This document shows, piece by piece, positions 1 through 10,197 of a DNA stretch of 64,000 bases. The notes beneath the pieces were generated by a model. It did not search any database, was not told the DNA's origin, and worked only from the letters and a program-made list of their open reading frames with translations. Source of the stretch: Desulfovibrionales bacterium (GTDB lineage Bacteria > Desulfobacterota > Desulfovibrionia > Desulfovibrionales > JBKHAV01); assembly GCA_046542715.1 (NCBI GenBank), contig JBKHAV010000001.1, forward strand, positions 36,684 through 100,683. The letters run 5' to 3'. The translations under genes and the position numbers were made by a program. Position 1 is the first letter of the stretch, and each line of letters starts with the position of its first letter.

Positions 1-181
1 ATGGAAGAGATGGTGCTTGCCCACCGATGATCAGCAACCATGGACCCCTTGCAAGACCATCTGTTGACGGCCTCCTGGGCAAAACTTATGTTCCCCCATC
101 TGGAGCGGGGTACACGTAGGCTTGGGTGCAAAATGTGTCAAGCGCTCCTGTTCCGCCCAACCATTTTGCAGGAGGAAACCC

Positions 182-994
182 ATGGGTCAGGTCCGGGCGC
201 TCGTCATCACCGGATATGGAACGAACTGCGAACGGGAGACCGGTTTTGCCGTCAAAAAGGCCGGCGCAGACGAAACGGTCATCGCCCATTTCGCCGATCT
301 GGTGGCCGAGCGGATCAAACTTTCGGATTTCAATTTTCTGCTCTTTCCGGGCGGATTTCTGGACGCGGACGATCTTGGGGCCGCGCAGGCCGCAGCGCTG
401 CGATGGAAATACACGCTCACCGGTTCAGAAAACCCTTTGGAAAGGCAGCTCTGGAATTTTTTCGAATCCGGGGGGCTGATCCTCGGCATCTGCAATGGGT
501 TTCAGCTCCTGGTCAAGTTCGGCCTTCTGCCGGCAATTGACGGGCAGTACTTCCAGCGTCAGTGCAGTCTGAGCTACAACGATTCAGCCCGGTTCGAGGA
601 CCGGTGGGTCCACCTCAAAGCCAACCCGGCCTCCCCCTGCGTCTTCACCAGGGGCATCGACCGGCTCTATCTCCCGGTGCGCCACGGCGAAGGCAAACTC
701 ATCCCCATGAACGAGGCCACGCTCGCGGCCATGGTCAGACACAACCTGGTGGCCCTGCAGTACATCGACCCGGAAACCGGGGACCCTTCCCAGGAATACC
801 CCTTCAACCCCAACGGCTCCCCTCTGGCCATTGCGGCACTGACCGACCCGTCGGGTCGGATCATGGGGCTCATGCCTCACCCGGAGGCATACAACCATCC
901 CACCAACCACCCCTCCTGGACACGGGGTGCCGGCGACCAGCTGGGCCTGGTCCTGATGGAAAACGGGGTCCGCTATCTGAAGGAACAGGGCTAG
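182..994 (+). CDS. purQ: FGAM synthase-type glutamine amidotransferase (PurQ-like)
   Basis: Within ORF 122..994. AGGAGG lies upstream of the ATG at 182. Motifs LFPGGF, GICNGFQLL (nucleophile Cys) and MPHPE are typical of the FGAM-synthase GATase domain. Confidence 0.7.
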   Translation: MGQVRALVITGYGTNCERETGFAVKKAGADETVIAHFADLVAERIKLSDFNFLLFPGGFLDADDLGAAQAAALRWKYTLTGSENPLERQLWNFFESGGLILGICNGFQLLVKFGLLPAIDGQYFQRQCSLSYNDSARFEDRWVHLKANPASPCVFTRGIDRLYLPVRHGEGKLIPMNEATLAAMVRHNLVALQYIDPETGDPSQEYPFNPNGSPLAIAALTDPSGRIMGLMPHPEAYNHPTNHPSWTRGAGDQLGLVLMENGVRYLKEQG

Positions 995-1528
995 ATGGTC
1001 GAACTCCTTGGGCCTCCTGATCATCCCCCGGGGGCATTTTCCTCCTGGGAGGAGGTCATGGAGCTTGCACTTGTCGAGGCAAAGCTGGCTGCAACGCGCG
1101 GCGAGGTGCCGGTCGGAGCGGTCCTCTTGGATGCCGGTGGGGCGGTGGTGTCCGCGGCCTGCAACCAGCCCATAGGCAAAAACGACCCCACCGGCCATGC
1201 CGAAATCCGGGCCCTTCGCCGGGCAGCCCGGAGGATTGGCAACTATCGTCTCCCTGGAACGGTTCTGGTCGTGACCCTGGAGCCGTGTCTCATGTGCCTG
1301 GGGGCACTGATCCACGCCCGGGTGGCGGGACTGGTCTTTGCAGCCGCCGACCCGAAGTCCGGGGCTGTCCGCTCCAGATTGAACGGAGCAGAACTTCAGT
1401 GGACGAACCATACCTTCTGGACCCTGGAAGGCGTCCTGGCCGGTCGTTCGTCAGCCCTCCTGCAATCCTTTTTCCGCGCCCGTCGGCAGCGTCAAAACCT
1501 GCAACAACCCCTTGAAAACAAGGGTTGA
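995..1528 (+). CDS. tadA: tRNA-specific adenosine deaminase TadA
   Basis: Cytidine/deoxycytidylate deaminase zinc motifs HAEIRALR and TLEPCLMCLGAL. The ATG directly follows the purQ-like stop. Confidence 0.85.
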   Translation: MVELLGPPDHPPGAFSSWEEVMELALVEAKLAATRGEVPVGAVLLDAGGAVVSAACNQPIGKNDPTGHAEIRALRRAARRIGNYRLPGTVLVVTLEPCLMCLGALIHARVAGLVFAAADPKSGAVRSRLNGAELQWTNHTFWTLEGVLAGRSSALLQSFFRARRQRQNLQQPLENKG

Positions 1529-1569
1529 TCGAAGACTCCCTTCGACGTATACTCCCCCTTCCCAAACGC

Positions 1570-1665
1570 GGAGAGGTACCGAAGTCCGGTCGTAACGGCC
1601 CCGACTCGAAATCGGGTTACGGGCTAATCCCCCGTACGTGGGTTCAAATCCCACCCTCTCCGCCA
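1570..1665 (+). tRNA. tRNA-Ser (anticodon CGA), CCA encoded
   Basis: Folded by hand. Acceptor GGAGAGG pairs with CCTCTCC. Anticodon stem CCCGA/TCGGG has loop CTCGAAA. There is a long variable arm, a T-arm GTGGG-TTCAAAT-CCCAC, and a discriminator G followed by CCA. Confidence 0.9.
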
Positions 1666-1687
1666 TTTTTCCCAATGAACTCTCCCG

Positions 1688-1726
1688 AAAAAAAGGCTGA
1701 CCCATCTCCTGGGTCAGCCTTTTTTA
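1688..1726. terminator. Bidirectional rho-independent terminator
   Basis: An A-run precedes stem AGGCTGACCCA/TGGGTCAGCCT, which is followed by TTTTT. It serves tRNA-Ser (+) and the GspE-like gene (-). Confidence 0.8.
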
Positions 1727-1770
1727 TGGACGCTGTGATCCGTTTTTGAGCGGGACCCACGCCGTCCCGG

Positions 1771-1816
1771 TTCGGTTCTTTGTTTCGAATTTCGGGATTC
1801 GGTTTTCGAATTTTTT
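1771..1816. repeat. 8-nt-periodic TTCGAA/TTTCG low-complexity array (family member A)
   Basis: Sequence ttcggttctttgtttcgaatttcgggattcggttttcgaatttttt lies 10 nt downstream of the minus-strand stop at 1827-1829. Confidence 0.7.
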
Positions 1817-1826
1817 GCCTTCTTTC

Positions 1827-4223
1827 TCAGGACGCAGCCACCGCCCGGACCTGCCGAATGTCCGTCATGCCCATGAAAACCTTGAGAATGCCGTCCTGTT
1901 TCAAGGTGAGCATTCCGTCTTTAAGGGCTTCCTTTCGGATTTCCTCCGTGGGTTTTCGGGTCTTGATCATGAACTTTATGGGGTCGGTATTGAGCATGAG
2001 TTCGTGCACGCCGATCCGGCCCCGGTATCCCTGGTTGCACTGAGGGCATCCCTTGGCCCGAAAGAGCTTGGAATCATTTTTTTGGAAGATCGGGAGTACT
2101 CGTTCGTCAAATCCTGCACCGAACTCCTTTTTCAGGGTTTCCAGCTCCTCCTGGTCCGGGGTGTAGGGCTCTTTACAGCTGGAACACAGGGTCTTCATCA
2201 GCCGTTGGGCCAGGACGCAGATGAGCGAGTCCGCAAAATTGAAGGGATCGATTTTCATGTCCAAAAGACGGGTAATGGTCTCCGGGGCGGAGTTGGTGTG
2301 CAGGGTGGAAAAGACCAGATGGCCGGTCAGGGACGATTCCACGCCGATATGAGCCGTTTCCGAGTCGCGCATCTCCCCGATCATGATCACGTCCGGATCG
2401 GCCCGCAAAAACGAGCGCAAGGCCGAGGCAAAGGTCAGTCCAATTTTCGGGTTGATCTGGACCTGCCGCAGACCGTTCTGGGAAATTTCCACGGGATCCT
2501 CGGCCGTCCAGATCTTCCGCTCCGGGGTGTTGATATAGGAAAGGGCCGAGTGCAGGGTGGTGGTTTTCCCTGAACCCGTCGGGCCGACACACAGGATCAT
2601 GCCGTAAGGCTGGTAAATGCACTTCTTGAAATCTTCCATATTGTTTTCAAGAAGCCCGAGGCGCTCCAGGGGAAGCGGCTTGCCGGAAGCGAGCACGCGC
2701 AGGACCACGTCTTCCTGGCCCTCGATGGTGGGCAGGGTGGCGACGCGGTACTCCACCATCCGGTTGCGGTCCGGAAGCCTGATCTTGACCTTTCCGTCCT
2801 GGGGCAGTCTCCGTTCGGCAATGTCCAGGTGGGCCATGATCTTGATGCGGGAGACAATGGGCTTGGCCAGTCCGAGCCTGATCTTGCGGTACTCGTGGCA
2901 GGAGCCGTCCTCGCGGAACCGGATCAGACAGTACCGGTCCCTGGGGTTGGGCTCGATATGAATGTCTGAGACCCCTTTGCGCCACGCTTCCAGCAAAAGC
3001 GCGTTCACCAGCCTGACCACTTCGCTGTCTCCATGACTGAGGTGGTCTTCCTCATACTCGTACTCGAGATCCTGCCCTCCGTCCAAGGCCGCGTCGACAT
3101 CCAGGTCCTCGCCGAGCACGGAAAGTTCCTTGTCCGCGGACAAGGCCTTGTAGAAGTGCTCCACGAACTGGCTGATGTCTTCGGCCAAAGCGACCTTGAC
3201 ATCGATATTGCTGGTCTCGAACAGGAACTTGATCTCCCCCAGCTTGTCCAGGTCGTAGGGGTTGGCCATGAGGATCTCTATGGAGCGGCCGCCATGGGCA
3301 AAGGGCACCCATTGGGACCGCTTGAGAAAGTCGGGGTCGAGCTTCTTTTTTTCAAAAAGCTCAAACGGCGGCTCGATGGAACTCTGAAAGGGGACGTAGG
3401 GGACGTTGTAATATTCGCTCAAGGACTCGCCTAAATCCGCTTTGGAAATGCCGTAATCGCTGATCAGAAGATGATCCGGATCCTCCTGGCGCAGTTTGGC
3501 CTCGGCCAACACCTTCTTCAGCGTCTCCTGCGTGATTTTTCCTTCCCGGATCAGAAGGTCATAGCGACTCTTGGACTGGCCCTTGTCCTCCTCCAGGGGT
3601 TTGAGCTTATCTTCCAGCCCCGGGAAATCCTCGTCGATTCGCTTGACCTGCCACAGGGCCTGTCTGGCCTGGGTTTTCTTGTCCTGATGCAGATAGATGA
3701 TGCCCAACCTGTAATACAGCTTGGCTTGCTCCTCCTCCCGAAGCTCCGTCTCCTCCAGCACCTCCTTGATGAATCTGGCCTGCTCCTCCAGTCTGCCCTT
3801 CTTGTTCAGGCACTCGAGAATCAAATACGCCACCTTGTATTCCTTGAGCCCCTTCTCATAGGCCAGATTCAGATCATCCAGGGCCTTGTCGTATTCCCCC
3901 ACGTCCATGAGCGCTTCACCCCGAGAGCACAGCGCCTGGGGGGAAATCTCAGTTTTGACGACCTCTTCCACGACCTCCAGATCATCGTCTTCATACTTTT
4001 GTTGCAGTTCCCTGGCTCTGGACAGGTATCCCTTGAAAGTGCTTCTTCGTTCATCCCAGATTTTTTGGAATTCATGCGTACTGGCCAGGGAACCCGAATT
4101 TTCCAAATCATCCAGGGCATCCTGCGCCAGCTCAAGAGCTTCGCTCGAAAGCCCCTGCTCCAAATAGATCCGGATAGTCTTTTCATGTTTATCGAACTGC
4201 TGAATGAATTCTTCTCTGGTCAT
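1827..4223 (-). CDS. GspE/PilB-family secretion ATPase with N-terminal TPR region
   Basis: 798 aa. Walker A GPTGSGKTTT, Asp/His-box regions and a C-terminal tetracysteine (CSSCK...CPQCN). The central GspE_N-like segment is LLISDYGISKADLGESLSEYYNVPYV. The N-terminal ~230 aa are TPR-like helical repeats. Confidence 0.85.
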   Translation of the reverse strand: MTREEFIQQFDKHEKTIRIYLEQGLSSEALELAQDALDDLENSGSLASTHEFQKIWDERRSTFKGYLSRARELQQKYEDDDLEVVEEVVKTEISPQALCSRGEALMDVGEYDKALDDLNLAYEKGLKEYKVAYLILECLNKKGRLEEQARFIKEVLEETELREEEQAKLYYRLGIIYLHQDKKTQARQALWQVKRIDEDFPGLEDKLKPLEEDKGQSKSRYDLLIREGKITQETLKKVLAEAKLRQEDPDHLLISDYGISKADLGESLSEYYNVPYVPFQSSIEPPFELFEKKKLDPDFLKRSQWVPFAHGGRSIEILMANPYDLDKLGEIKFLFETSNIDVKVALAEDISQFVEHFYKALSADKELSVLGEDLDVDAALDGGQDLEYEYEEDHLSHGDSEVVRLVNALLLEAWRKGVSDIHIEPNPRDRYCLIRFREDGSCHEYRKIRLGLAKPIVSRIKIMAHLDIAERRLPQDGKVKIRLPDRNRMVEYRVATLPTIEGQEDVVLRVLASGKPLPLERLGLLENNMEDFKKCIYQPYGMILCVGPTGSGKTTTLHSALSYINTPERKIWTAEDPVEISQNGLRQVQINPKIGLTFASALRSFLRADPDVIMIGEMRDSETAHIGVESSLTGHLVFSTLHTNSAPETITRLLDMKIDPFNFADSLICVLAQRLMKTLCSSCKEPYTPDQEELETLKKEFGAGFDERVLPIFQKNDSKLFRAKGCPQCNQGYRGRIGVHELMLNTDPIKFMIKTRKPTEEIRKEALKDGMLTLKQDGILKVFMGMTDIRQVRAVAAS

Positions 4224-4250
4224 GAATTTTCCTGGACTTGCGGGGATTAT

Positions 4251-4278
4251 AAAAAAAAGGCCACCAAGACGTGGCCTT
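4251..4278 (-). terminator. Rho-independent terminator after ilvC
   Basis: The minus strand reads AAGGCCACGTCTTGGTGGCC followed by TTTTTTTT. Confidence 0.8.
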
Positions 4279-4288
4279 TCCCATGCGT

Positions 4289-5278
4289 TTACTTGTCGAG
4301 CCAGGCCATCATCTTTCGCAGTCTGGCGCCGACCTCTTCGATCTGATGCTCCCGTCCCTTGCGGCGAAGCGCTTCGAACGAGGGCTTGCCGGCCTGGTTT
4401 TCAAGAATCCAGTTGCGGGCAAACGTGCCATCCTGAATATCTGTGAGAATTTTCTTCATTTCGGCCTTGACCGCACTGTTGACCACTCTGGGGCCGGACA
4501 CATAATCGCCGTATTCGGCGGTGTCGCTGATGGAGTGGCGCATTTGGGCCATCCCCCCTTCATAGAGCAGGTCCACGATGAGCTTGAGTTCGTGCATGCA
4601 TTCGAAGTAGGCCACCTCCGGTTTATATCCGGCCTCAACCAGGGTTTCGAAGCCGGCCTTGATCAGAGCGGTGGCGCCGCCGCAGAGCACAGCCTGCTCG
4701 CCAAAAAGATCCGTCTCGGTCTCTTCGGAAAACGTGGTTTCGATGACTCCGGAACGGGTGCAGCCGATCCCCTTGGCGTAGGCCATGGCGGTCGCCATGG
4801 CCTTGCCGGTGTGATCCTGATGGATGGCCACGAGTCCGGGAACCCCGCCGCCGCGCTCATACTCGCGGCGAACCAGGTGGCCCGGCCCTTTGGGAGCCAC
4901 CATGACCACATCCAGGTCCTTGGGCGGGACGATCTGGTTGTAGTGGATATTGAAGCCATGGCTGAAGATCAGGGTTTTGCCTGCGGTGAGGTTCTCCCTG
5001 ACTTCTTTTTCGAACAACGTGGGCTGATATTGATCCTGGACAAGGATCTGGATGACATCCGCCTTCATGGCCGCTTCTGATGCGCTCACCGGAGTGAAGC
5101 CGTGCTCTTTGGCCAGCTGGTAGTTTGCTCCGCCGGGCCGCTGCCCCACAACGACGTTGACCCCGGAATCGCGCAGGTTCAACGCATGGGCGTGGCCCTG
5201 GCTTCCATATCCGATGATGGCCACGGTCTTGTCTTTCAAGACCCCCAGATCAGCGTCATTTTCGTAATACATCTTCAT
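4289..5278 (-). CDS. ilvC: Ketol-acid reductoisomerase
   Basis: 329 aa. The N-terminus [39 protein letters not shown] is the classic class I KARI signature. Confidence 0.95.
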   Translation of the reverse strand: MKMYYENDADLGVLKDKTVAIIGYGSQGHAHALNLRDSGVNVVVGQRPGGANYQLAKEHGFTPVSASEAAMKADVIQILVQDQYQPTLFEKEVRENLTAGKTLIFSHGFNIHYNQIVPPKDLDVVMVAPKGPGHLVRREYERGGGVPGLVAIHQDHTGKAMATAMAYAKGIGCTRSGVIETTFSEETETDLFGEQAVLCGGATALIKAGFETLVEAGYKPEVAYFECMHELKLIVDLLYEGGMAQMRHSISDTAEYGDYVSGPRVVNSAVKAEMKKILTDIQDGTFARNWILENQAGKPSFEALRRKGREHQIEEVGARLRKMMAWLDK

Positions 5279-5311
5279 GTGATTTTCCTTGTTTCATGCT
5301 TGGCTTAACTA

Positions 5312-5794
5312 TCAGATCTGCATGGACCGGCGCATGGCCACCGTGCCGGTGCGGGCGATTTCCTTGATCCCGAACCGCTGCAGAAGATTGATGAGAGCCA
5401 TGATCTTTCCCTGATCTCCCGTCGTTTCAATGATCAGGGTGTCAGGGCTCACGTCCACGACCTTGCAGCGGAAGATGTCCACGATACGGAGAATCTCCGC
5501 CCTGTTTCCGTCTTCCGCATTGACCTTGAGCAGAGCCATCTCCCGTTCCACACTCTTGAGGTCGGTGAGATCCACCACTTTGATCACCGTGACCACCTTG
5601 CGCAACTGCTTGATGATCTGCTCGATAATCTGGTCATCCCCTACAGTGGTGATGGTCATGTGGGAAACCCCTTTCTCCAGGGTGGAACCCACGTTCAGGT
5701 TCTCGATGTTGAACCCTCTGCCGCTGAACAGCCCTGCCACGCGGGAGAGTACACCAGGTTCGTTTTCAACAAGAACAGACAGGATGTGGCGCAT
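5312..5794 (-). CDS. ilvN: Acetolactate synthase small (regulatory) subunit
   Basis: Internal ATG at 5794 of ORF 5312..6055. MRHILSVLVENEPGVLSRVAGLFSGRGFNIENL matches the ACT domain of IlvH/IlvN. Confidence 0.9.
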   Translation of the reverse strand: MRHILSVLVENEPGVLSRVAGLFSGRGFNIENLNVGSTLEKGVSHMTITTVGDDQIIEQIIKQLRKVVTVIKVVDLTDLKSVEREMALLKVNAEDGNRAEILRIVDIFRCKVVDVSPDTLIIETTGDQGKIMALINLLQRFGIKEIARTGTVAMRRSMQI

Positions 5795-5802
5795 GGTCCC
5801 TC

Positions 5803-7494
5803 CTATACCAGCAGCATTTCGGAAAGCCCTGCCCCGGCCGGGACCATGGGATAGACATTCTCTTCCTGATCGACCCAGACGTCGATGAACGCCGGATTTG
5901 GTGAGGCCAGTGCCAGAGGAAGGATCTCCTCCAATTCCTGTTTGGTCTTGATCCGGTAGCCCTCGGCGCCATAGGCTCTGGCCACGGCCACAAAATCCGG
6001 ATTCTTGTGCAGACATGTGGAGCAGTAGTTCTTCTGGTAGAAGAGTTCCTGCCACTGCCGGACCATGCCGAGATATCCGTTGTTCAAAATGACCACTTTC
6101 ACCGGAAGCTCATAGCTGACCACAGTGGCCAGTTCCTGGATGTTCATCTGAATGGACCCGTCTCCGGCGATATCGATGACCGGCGTACCGGGAAACGCGA
6201 CCTGGGCCCCGATGGCTGCCGGAAATCCATAGCCCATGGTTCCCAGCCCCCCCGAGGTGAGCAGGGAGCGGGGGCGCTTGAACCGGTAGAATTGTGCGGC
6301 CCACATCTGGTTCTGACCAACCTCTGTGGTGATGATCGCTTCGCCTTTGGTGATCTCGTGGATCTTCTCCACCACCGCCTGGGGTTTGAGCACCTCAGAG
6401 GTCGTGTCGTAACTCAGGGGATGGGCCTGAGCCCACTTCCGGATTGTCTCCAGCCACGTTCCGTGTTCAACCGCCCAGTCCTTGTCCCTGACCTTGTCTT
6501 CCAGTTCACGGCGCAATCCGCTCAAAGCCTCCCTGCATCCCGCCACCATAGGCACGTCCACTGAGACGTTTTTTTGAATGGAGGTGGGATCGATATCGAT
6601 GTGCACCACCTTGGCGTTGGAGGCGAACGCGCTGATTTTTCCGGTTACCCGATCGTCGAACCTGGCTCCTATGGCCAGAAGCAGATCAGTATTGTGCACA
6701 GCCATGTTTGCAGCATACGTGCCGTGCATCCCGAGCATGCCCAGCCACAGGGGGTCGTCACTGGGAAAGGCCCCCAGTCCCATGAGGGTGGCCGTGATCG
6801 GAATCTGCAGGGTCCGGGCCAGCCAGATGAGATCCTCGTGGGCGTTGGAAAGGACGACCCCGCCCCCCGCATAGATGAGCGGGGACTTGGCGCTCAAGAG
6901 CAGCTCCACGACCCGTCTGAGCTGTTTGGTGTTGGGTTCGTAATGGGGATTGTAGCTGCGGATATGCACATCATCGGGGTAGGTGAATTCACAGACCGCC
7001 TGCATGACATCCTTGGGCAGATCCACGAGCACCGGGCCGGGGCGACCCGATCTGGCCAGATAGAAGGCCTGCTTGATGATTCCGGCAAGCTCGCGCACGT
7101 CCTTGACCAGGTAGTTGTGCTTGGTGCAGGGACGGCTGATCCCCACGATATCGACTTCCTGAAAGGCATCGTTGCCGATCAGGGGAGTGGGGACCTGTCC
7201 GGTAAGGACCACCATGGGAATGGAGTCCATGTACGCTGTGGCGATTCCGGTCACGGTGTTTGTGGCTCCCGGTCCGGACGTGACGAGGCAGACGCCGGGT
7301 TTGCCGGTGGCCCGGGCATACCCGTCTGCAGCGTGGACCGCACCCTGTTCATGACGGACAAGGATATGCCGTATCGGATATTGCGGCATCACATCATAGA
7401 TGTCGATGACGGCTCCCCCGGGAAAGCCGAAGAGGACATCCACCTCTTCCTTGCGCAGACATTCGAGAAGGATCTGAGCTCCCTTGAGCTCCAT
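5803..7494 (-). CDS. ilvB: Acetolactate synthase large subunit
   Basis: ThDP enzyme motifs ([28 protein letters not shown]). The ATG at 7494 ([13 protein letters not shown]) is preceded by a GGAGG RBS. Confidence 0.92.
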   Translation of the reverse strand: MELKGAQILLECLRKEEVDVLFGFPGGAVIDIYDVMPQYPIRHILVRHEQGAVHAADGYARATGKPGVCLVTSGPGATNTVTGIATAYMDSIPMVVLTGQVPTPLIGNDAFQEVDIVGISRPCTKHNYLVKDVRELAGIIKQAFYLARSGRPGPVLVDLPKDVMQAVCEFTYPDDVHIRSYNPHYEPNTKQLRRVVELLLSAKSPLIYAGGGVVLSNAHEDLIWLARTLQIPITATLMGLGAFPSDDPLWLGMLGMHGTYAANMAVHNTDLLLAIGARFDDRVTGKISAFASNAKVVHIDIDPTSIQKNVSVDVPMVAGCREALSGLRRELEDKVRDKDWAVEHGTWLETIRKWAQAHPLSYDTTSEVLKPQAVVEKIHEITKGEAIITTEVGQNQMWAAQFYRFKRPRSLLTSGGLGTMGYGFPAAIGAQVAFPGTPVIDIAGDGSIQMNIQELATVVSYELPVKVVILNNGYLGMVRQWQELFYQKNYCSTCLHKNPDFVAVARAYGAEGYRIKTKQELEEILPLALASPNPAFIDVWVDQEENVYPMVPAGAGLSEMLLV

Positions 7495-7495
7495 A

Positions 7496-7729
7496 TCATG
7501 CCTCCGATTGTTGTCGATACTTGTCAAGGATCTTCTGGATCTTCGTCTTTCCGGCCAGCTTCTTCTTTTTCATGTCCTTCACCTCCAGCTCTTCGCCGGG
7601 AGTGAGGTACGGTTTTGATTCGATCTTATCGAGCTCTCTTTCGAAGCGGAGGTGTTGTTCCCAGAGAGTATTGAGCTCTTCGTCGGAATCCCGATACTTG
7701 GCAATGAGATCGAGTTCATGCTGTTCCAT
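7496..7729 (-). CDS. DUF465 (YdcH-like) small coiled-coil protein
   Basis: 77 aa. The [20 protein letters not shown]...[17 protein letters not shown] pattern is typical of DUF465. Confidence 0.65.
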   Translation of the reverse strand: MEQHELDLIAKYRDSDEELNTLWEQHLRFERELDKIESKPYLTPGEELEVKDMKKKKLAGKTKIQKILDKYRQQSEA

Positions 7730-7753
7730 GGAATTCTCCTTTTTTTCTGTCTC

Positions 7754-8056
7754 TTACAGTGTTTCAGACAGACGAATCCATGCGGGTTCTTGTTCTGCCG
7801 TAATGCACAAAGTTTTCTGCCTGCCGGCATGACCACTCTCGAGTATGACCTGATGCGACTTGATACCGAGAATCTCGGCGATAAAGGCACAGACTGCGGA
7901 ATTGGCTTTGTCGTCCACGGGAGGGGAAGTGATGCGTACTTTCAAACACGCCTGGTACTCCCCTGCAAGCCCATTTCGTTTGGACCTCGGCTGGACCCAG
8001 AGTTTGAGTCGCCAAGTGTGGGGGTCGGCCTTTGATACGTACGCGGGATGCTGCAT
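7754..8056 (-). CDS. yggU: DUF167 (YggU) family protein
   Basis: The pattern LKLWVQPRSKRNGLAGEYQACLKVRITSPPVDDKANSAV...GHAGRQKTLCI matches YggU. The start at the 8056 ATG is assumed; an alternative TTG lies at 8086. Confidence 0.75.
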   Translation of the reverse strand: MQHPAYVSKADPHTWRLKLWVQPRSKRNGLAGEYQACLKVRITSPPVDDKANSAVCAFIAEILGIKSHQVILESGHAGRQKTLCITAEQEPAWIRLSETL

Positions 8057-8211
8057 TGACGGATGACCTCGGCAGGTTCGAGGCAATCATGGTCTTTGTT
8101 TCAAATCTTTGCAACCTCTTTTTCCCCAAGGGTTCGATATCTGTCCGGAAAACCTCCCTTAGGCACCCTGGGCCTGAGGGAAACTCAGCCTCCCCTTCAC
8201 GAGGAGATTGC

Positions 8212-8511
8212 TCACATTCGGTGCGCGAACTGGTAGAGCGATCCCACCACAAAAACTTTCAGGAACTGAATGGCCAGGATGACTATGATCGGCGAAAAGT
8301 CGATGCCGCTCACCGAGGTGAACGGAAGCCACCTTCGAACCCGATAGAAGACCGGCTCTGTCACGCCTCTGAGGAACCGGACAATGGGATTGTAAGGGTC
8401 TGGATTGACCCAGGAGAGAACGGCCGAAGCGATCACCACCCAGAAATAGATGGTCAGCACTGTATTCAGAATATAGGCGACGGCCTGAAGGAAGTTGGAA
8501 AGGACGAACAT
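8212..8511 (-). CDS. yggT: YggT family membrane protein
   Basis: 99 aa. The VLSWVNPDPYNPIVRFLRGVTEPV motif and two TM segments are present. Confidence 0.85.
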   Translation of the reverse strand: MFVLSNFLQAVAYILNTVLTIYFWVVIASAVLSWVNPDPYNPIVRFLRGVTEPVFYRVRRWLPFTSVSGIDFSPIIVILAIQFLKVFVVGSLYQFAHRM

Positions 8512-8539
8512 GTTGCCTCCAAATAAGGTATGAACTGTC

Positions 8540-9328
8540 TTAATTTTGCTGCTTGAGAATATACTGCCGCAGCGTCCAGAAATCCGAAATATGCATTTGT
8601 GCTTTCAAGACGGGATTCTTATAGGCCCAGAACTGCACCTCCGCCCTCTGGGCTGTTTGTTCGTCCACATCGGAGTCCCCGATATAGATGATCTCCCCGG
8701 GCGTGGCCTTCCAGTAGTCCAGGATCAGATGCAGGCTTTCAGGGTGGGGCTTGGCTCTGCTCACCTTGGCGGCTGTAATGACCGGCGAGAAATAGTGCTC
8801 CAGATCGAATCGGTCCAAAAGCATCTCCATGGTCGTTGTGCGATTGGTATTGATGGCCAGCCTGAAATCCAGATCGCGGATAGTGGAAAGCAGTTCGAAC
8901 AGGCCGGGCTCGGGTCGCAGAAAGGGGAGCATCTCCTCATAGGGGAGGGATTTTCTGACCCTGTCCGCGTCATCGAGAAGCTCAGGAGATACGATCCTGG
9001 CCACTGAATCGGTCACCGAATGGGAATGGACGTATTCCTCCTCCTCACCGTCCATGGGCGGGAGGCCGAGCCGCTCTCGAATGAGATTGTAGTACCGCCG
9101 ATTGGCATCCCTGGAATCGAAAAGCACCCCGTCACAGTCAAAGACAAATCCGCTGATTCCGTTGAGACTCCGAGGGGAAAGGGGATTGCAAACGACTGAA
9201 CCAAGCTGTTTCACGTTGTCTAACCGTTTTCCTGGATAAAATGTTCGTGCTGCCCATTTTTCAACCGATGACCCGTTCTTTGAGACTGCCTGAGGAAAAG
9301 GTCCTTCGGGCCGAAACAACTCCTTCAT
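8540..9328 (-). CDS. HAD-superfamily hydrolase (phosphatase-like)
   Basis: HAD motif I is FVFDCDGVLFDS, with motifs III/IV at IYIGDSDVDEQ. The start is uncertain: ATG at 9328 or ORF start at 9382. Confidence 0.75.
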   Translation of the reverse strand: MKELFRPEGPFPQAVSKNGSSVEKWAARTFYPGKRLDNVKQLGSVVCNPLSPRSLNGISGFVFDCDGVLFDSRDANRRYYNLIRERLGLPPMDGEEEEYVHSHSVTDSVARIVSPELLDDADRVRKSLPYEEMLPFLRPEPGLFELLSTIRDLDFRLAINTNRTTTMEMLLDRFDLEHYFSPVITAAKVSRAKPHPESLHLILDYWKATPGEIIYIGDSDVDEQTAQRAEVQFWAYKNPVLKAQMHISDFWTLRQYILKQQN

Positions 9329-9351
9329 CAGGCAGCGTGACCTTCGGCCTG

Positions 9352-10188
9352 CTACAGCCCTTCCGGAATGAGAATCCTGCATGTTCTGCCCAAAGAACTT
9401 TTGCCCGCATTGCCATCCCTGTCCGTTTTCAAAGGCAAGCTCACTCTGTATTCCACAAGCGCCGAAGGGGTCTCCAAAACCCCCTGTGGGGCCGAATGGC
9501 GTGTTCCTGCTTCTTCCAGGATCTTCGCAAAATCCGCATCACGGGAAAACAGCCACCACTGCTCCGGGAGAAACGTGCAAAAGCTCTCCAAAAGCCGCTC
9601 TTTTGCCCTTTCCAGCTCCCTGGACGGATCAAAAATGCCGCGCAGATTCTCCTTCAGCACGGATTGTTCCTGCAGGTCGTCCTCCGCATCCAGACCAAGG
9701 ATGGATGCGAACGTCGATTGGGAGGAATTCAGCTGCGCCTCCAGCTGCTGCATCTCCAAAAGCCGCTCCTCAAGCGTCCACCCCAGCAGCAGTACTTCCT
9801 GCGCATTGTAAAGGGATGCCGCGGGTTTTGAAGGGGTTGGACGGTTCCTCCGGGCAAGGTCCGAGCGGATGGCCATGGAGGAATCGGAATAAAAATCATT
9901 GATTTTGGCGGCGCTGAAATACTTAAGTTCCTCCGGGTCCCTGAACTGTTCTCCGAATCGGAGGGATTCCGCCACATACCGCTTTGCCGCCGCAGGGGAA
10001 ATGGGAAGGTTGTCAGGGCGCCAGAAGCCCTCCGGTACATCCCGGAGCAGACCAGGATCCAGAAATCGGACCGCTTCCGGCACCTCGCCTGAAACCAGCT
10101 CGGAATGCATGACTGGAAAATAAATCACGCCGGTCGGTTGGCTTCCCGTGACTCCGGCGGACCCTGTTTTTCTCGTGCTGTTCGGCAT
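9352..10188 (-). CDS. Hypothetical protein (no recognised domain)
   Basis: 278-aa ORF with a protein-like composition, tightly packed in a minus-strand operon (9-nt gap to the upstream gene). I recognise no motif. Confidence 0.55.
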   Translation of the reverse strand: MPNSTRKTGSAGVTGSQPTGVIYFPVMHSELVSGEVPEAVRFLDPGLLRDVPEGFWRPDNLPISPAAAKRYVAESLRFGEQFRDPEELKYFSAAKINDFYSDSSMAIRSDLARRNRPTPSKPAASLYNAQEVLLLGWTLEERLLEMQQLEAQLNSSQSTFASILGLDAEDDLQEQSVLKENLRGIFDPSRELERAKERLLESFCTFLPEQWWLFSRDADFAKILEEAGTRHSAPQGVLETPSALVEYRVSLPLKTDRDGNAGKSSLGRTCRILIPEGL

Positions 10189-10197
10189 CTGTGGTCG

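Noticed and set aside
1570-4223. tRNA-Ser as an integration site for a genomic island
   Set aside because: I saw no integrase, no duplicated tRNA 3' segment and no mobility genes downstream. The neighbours are housekeeping genes.
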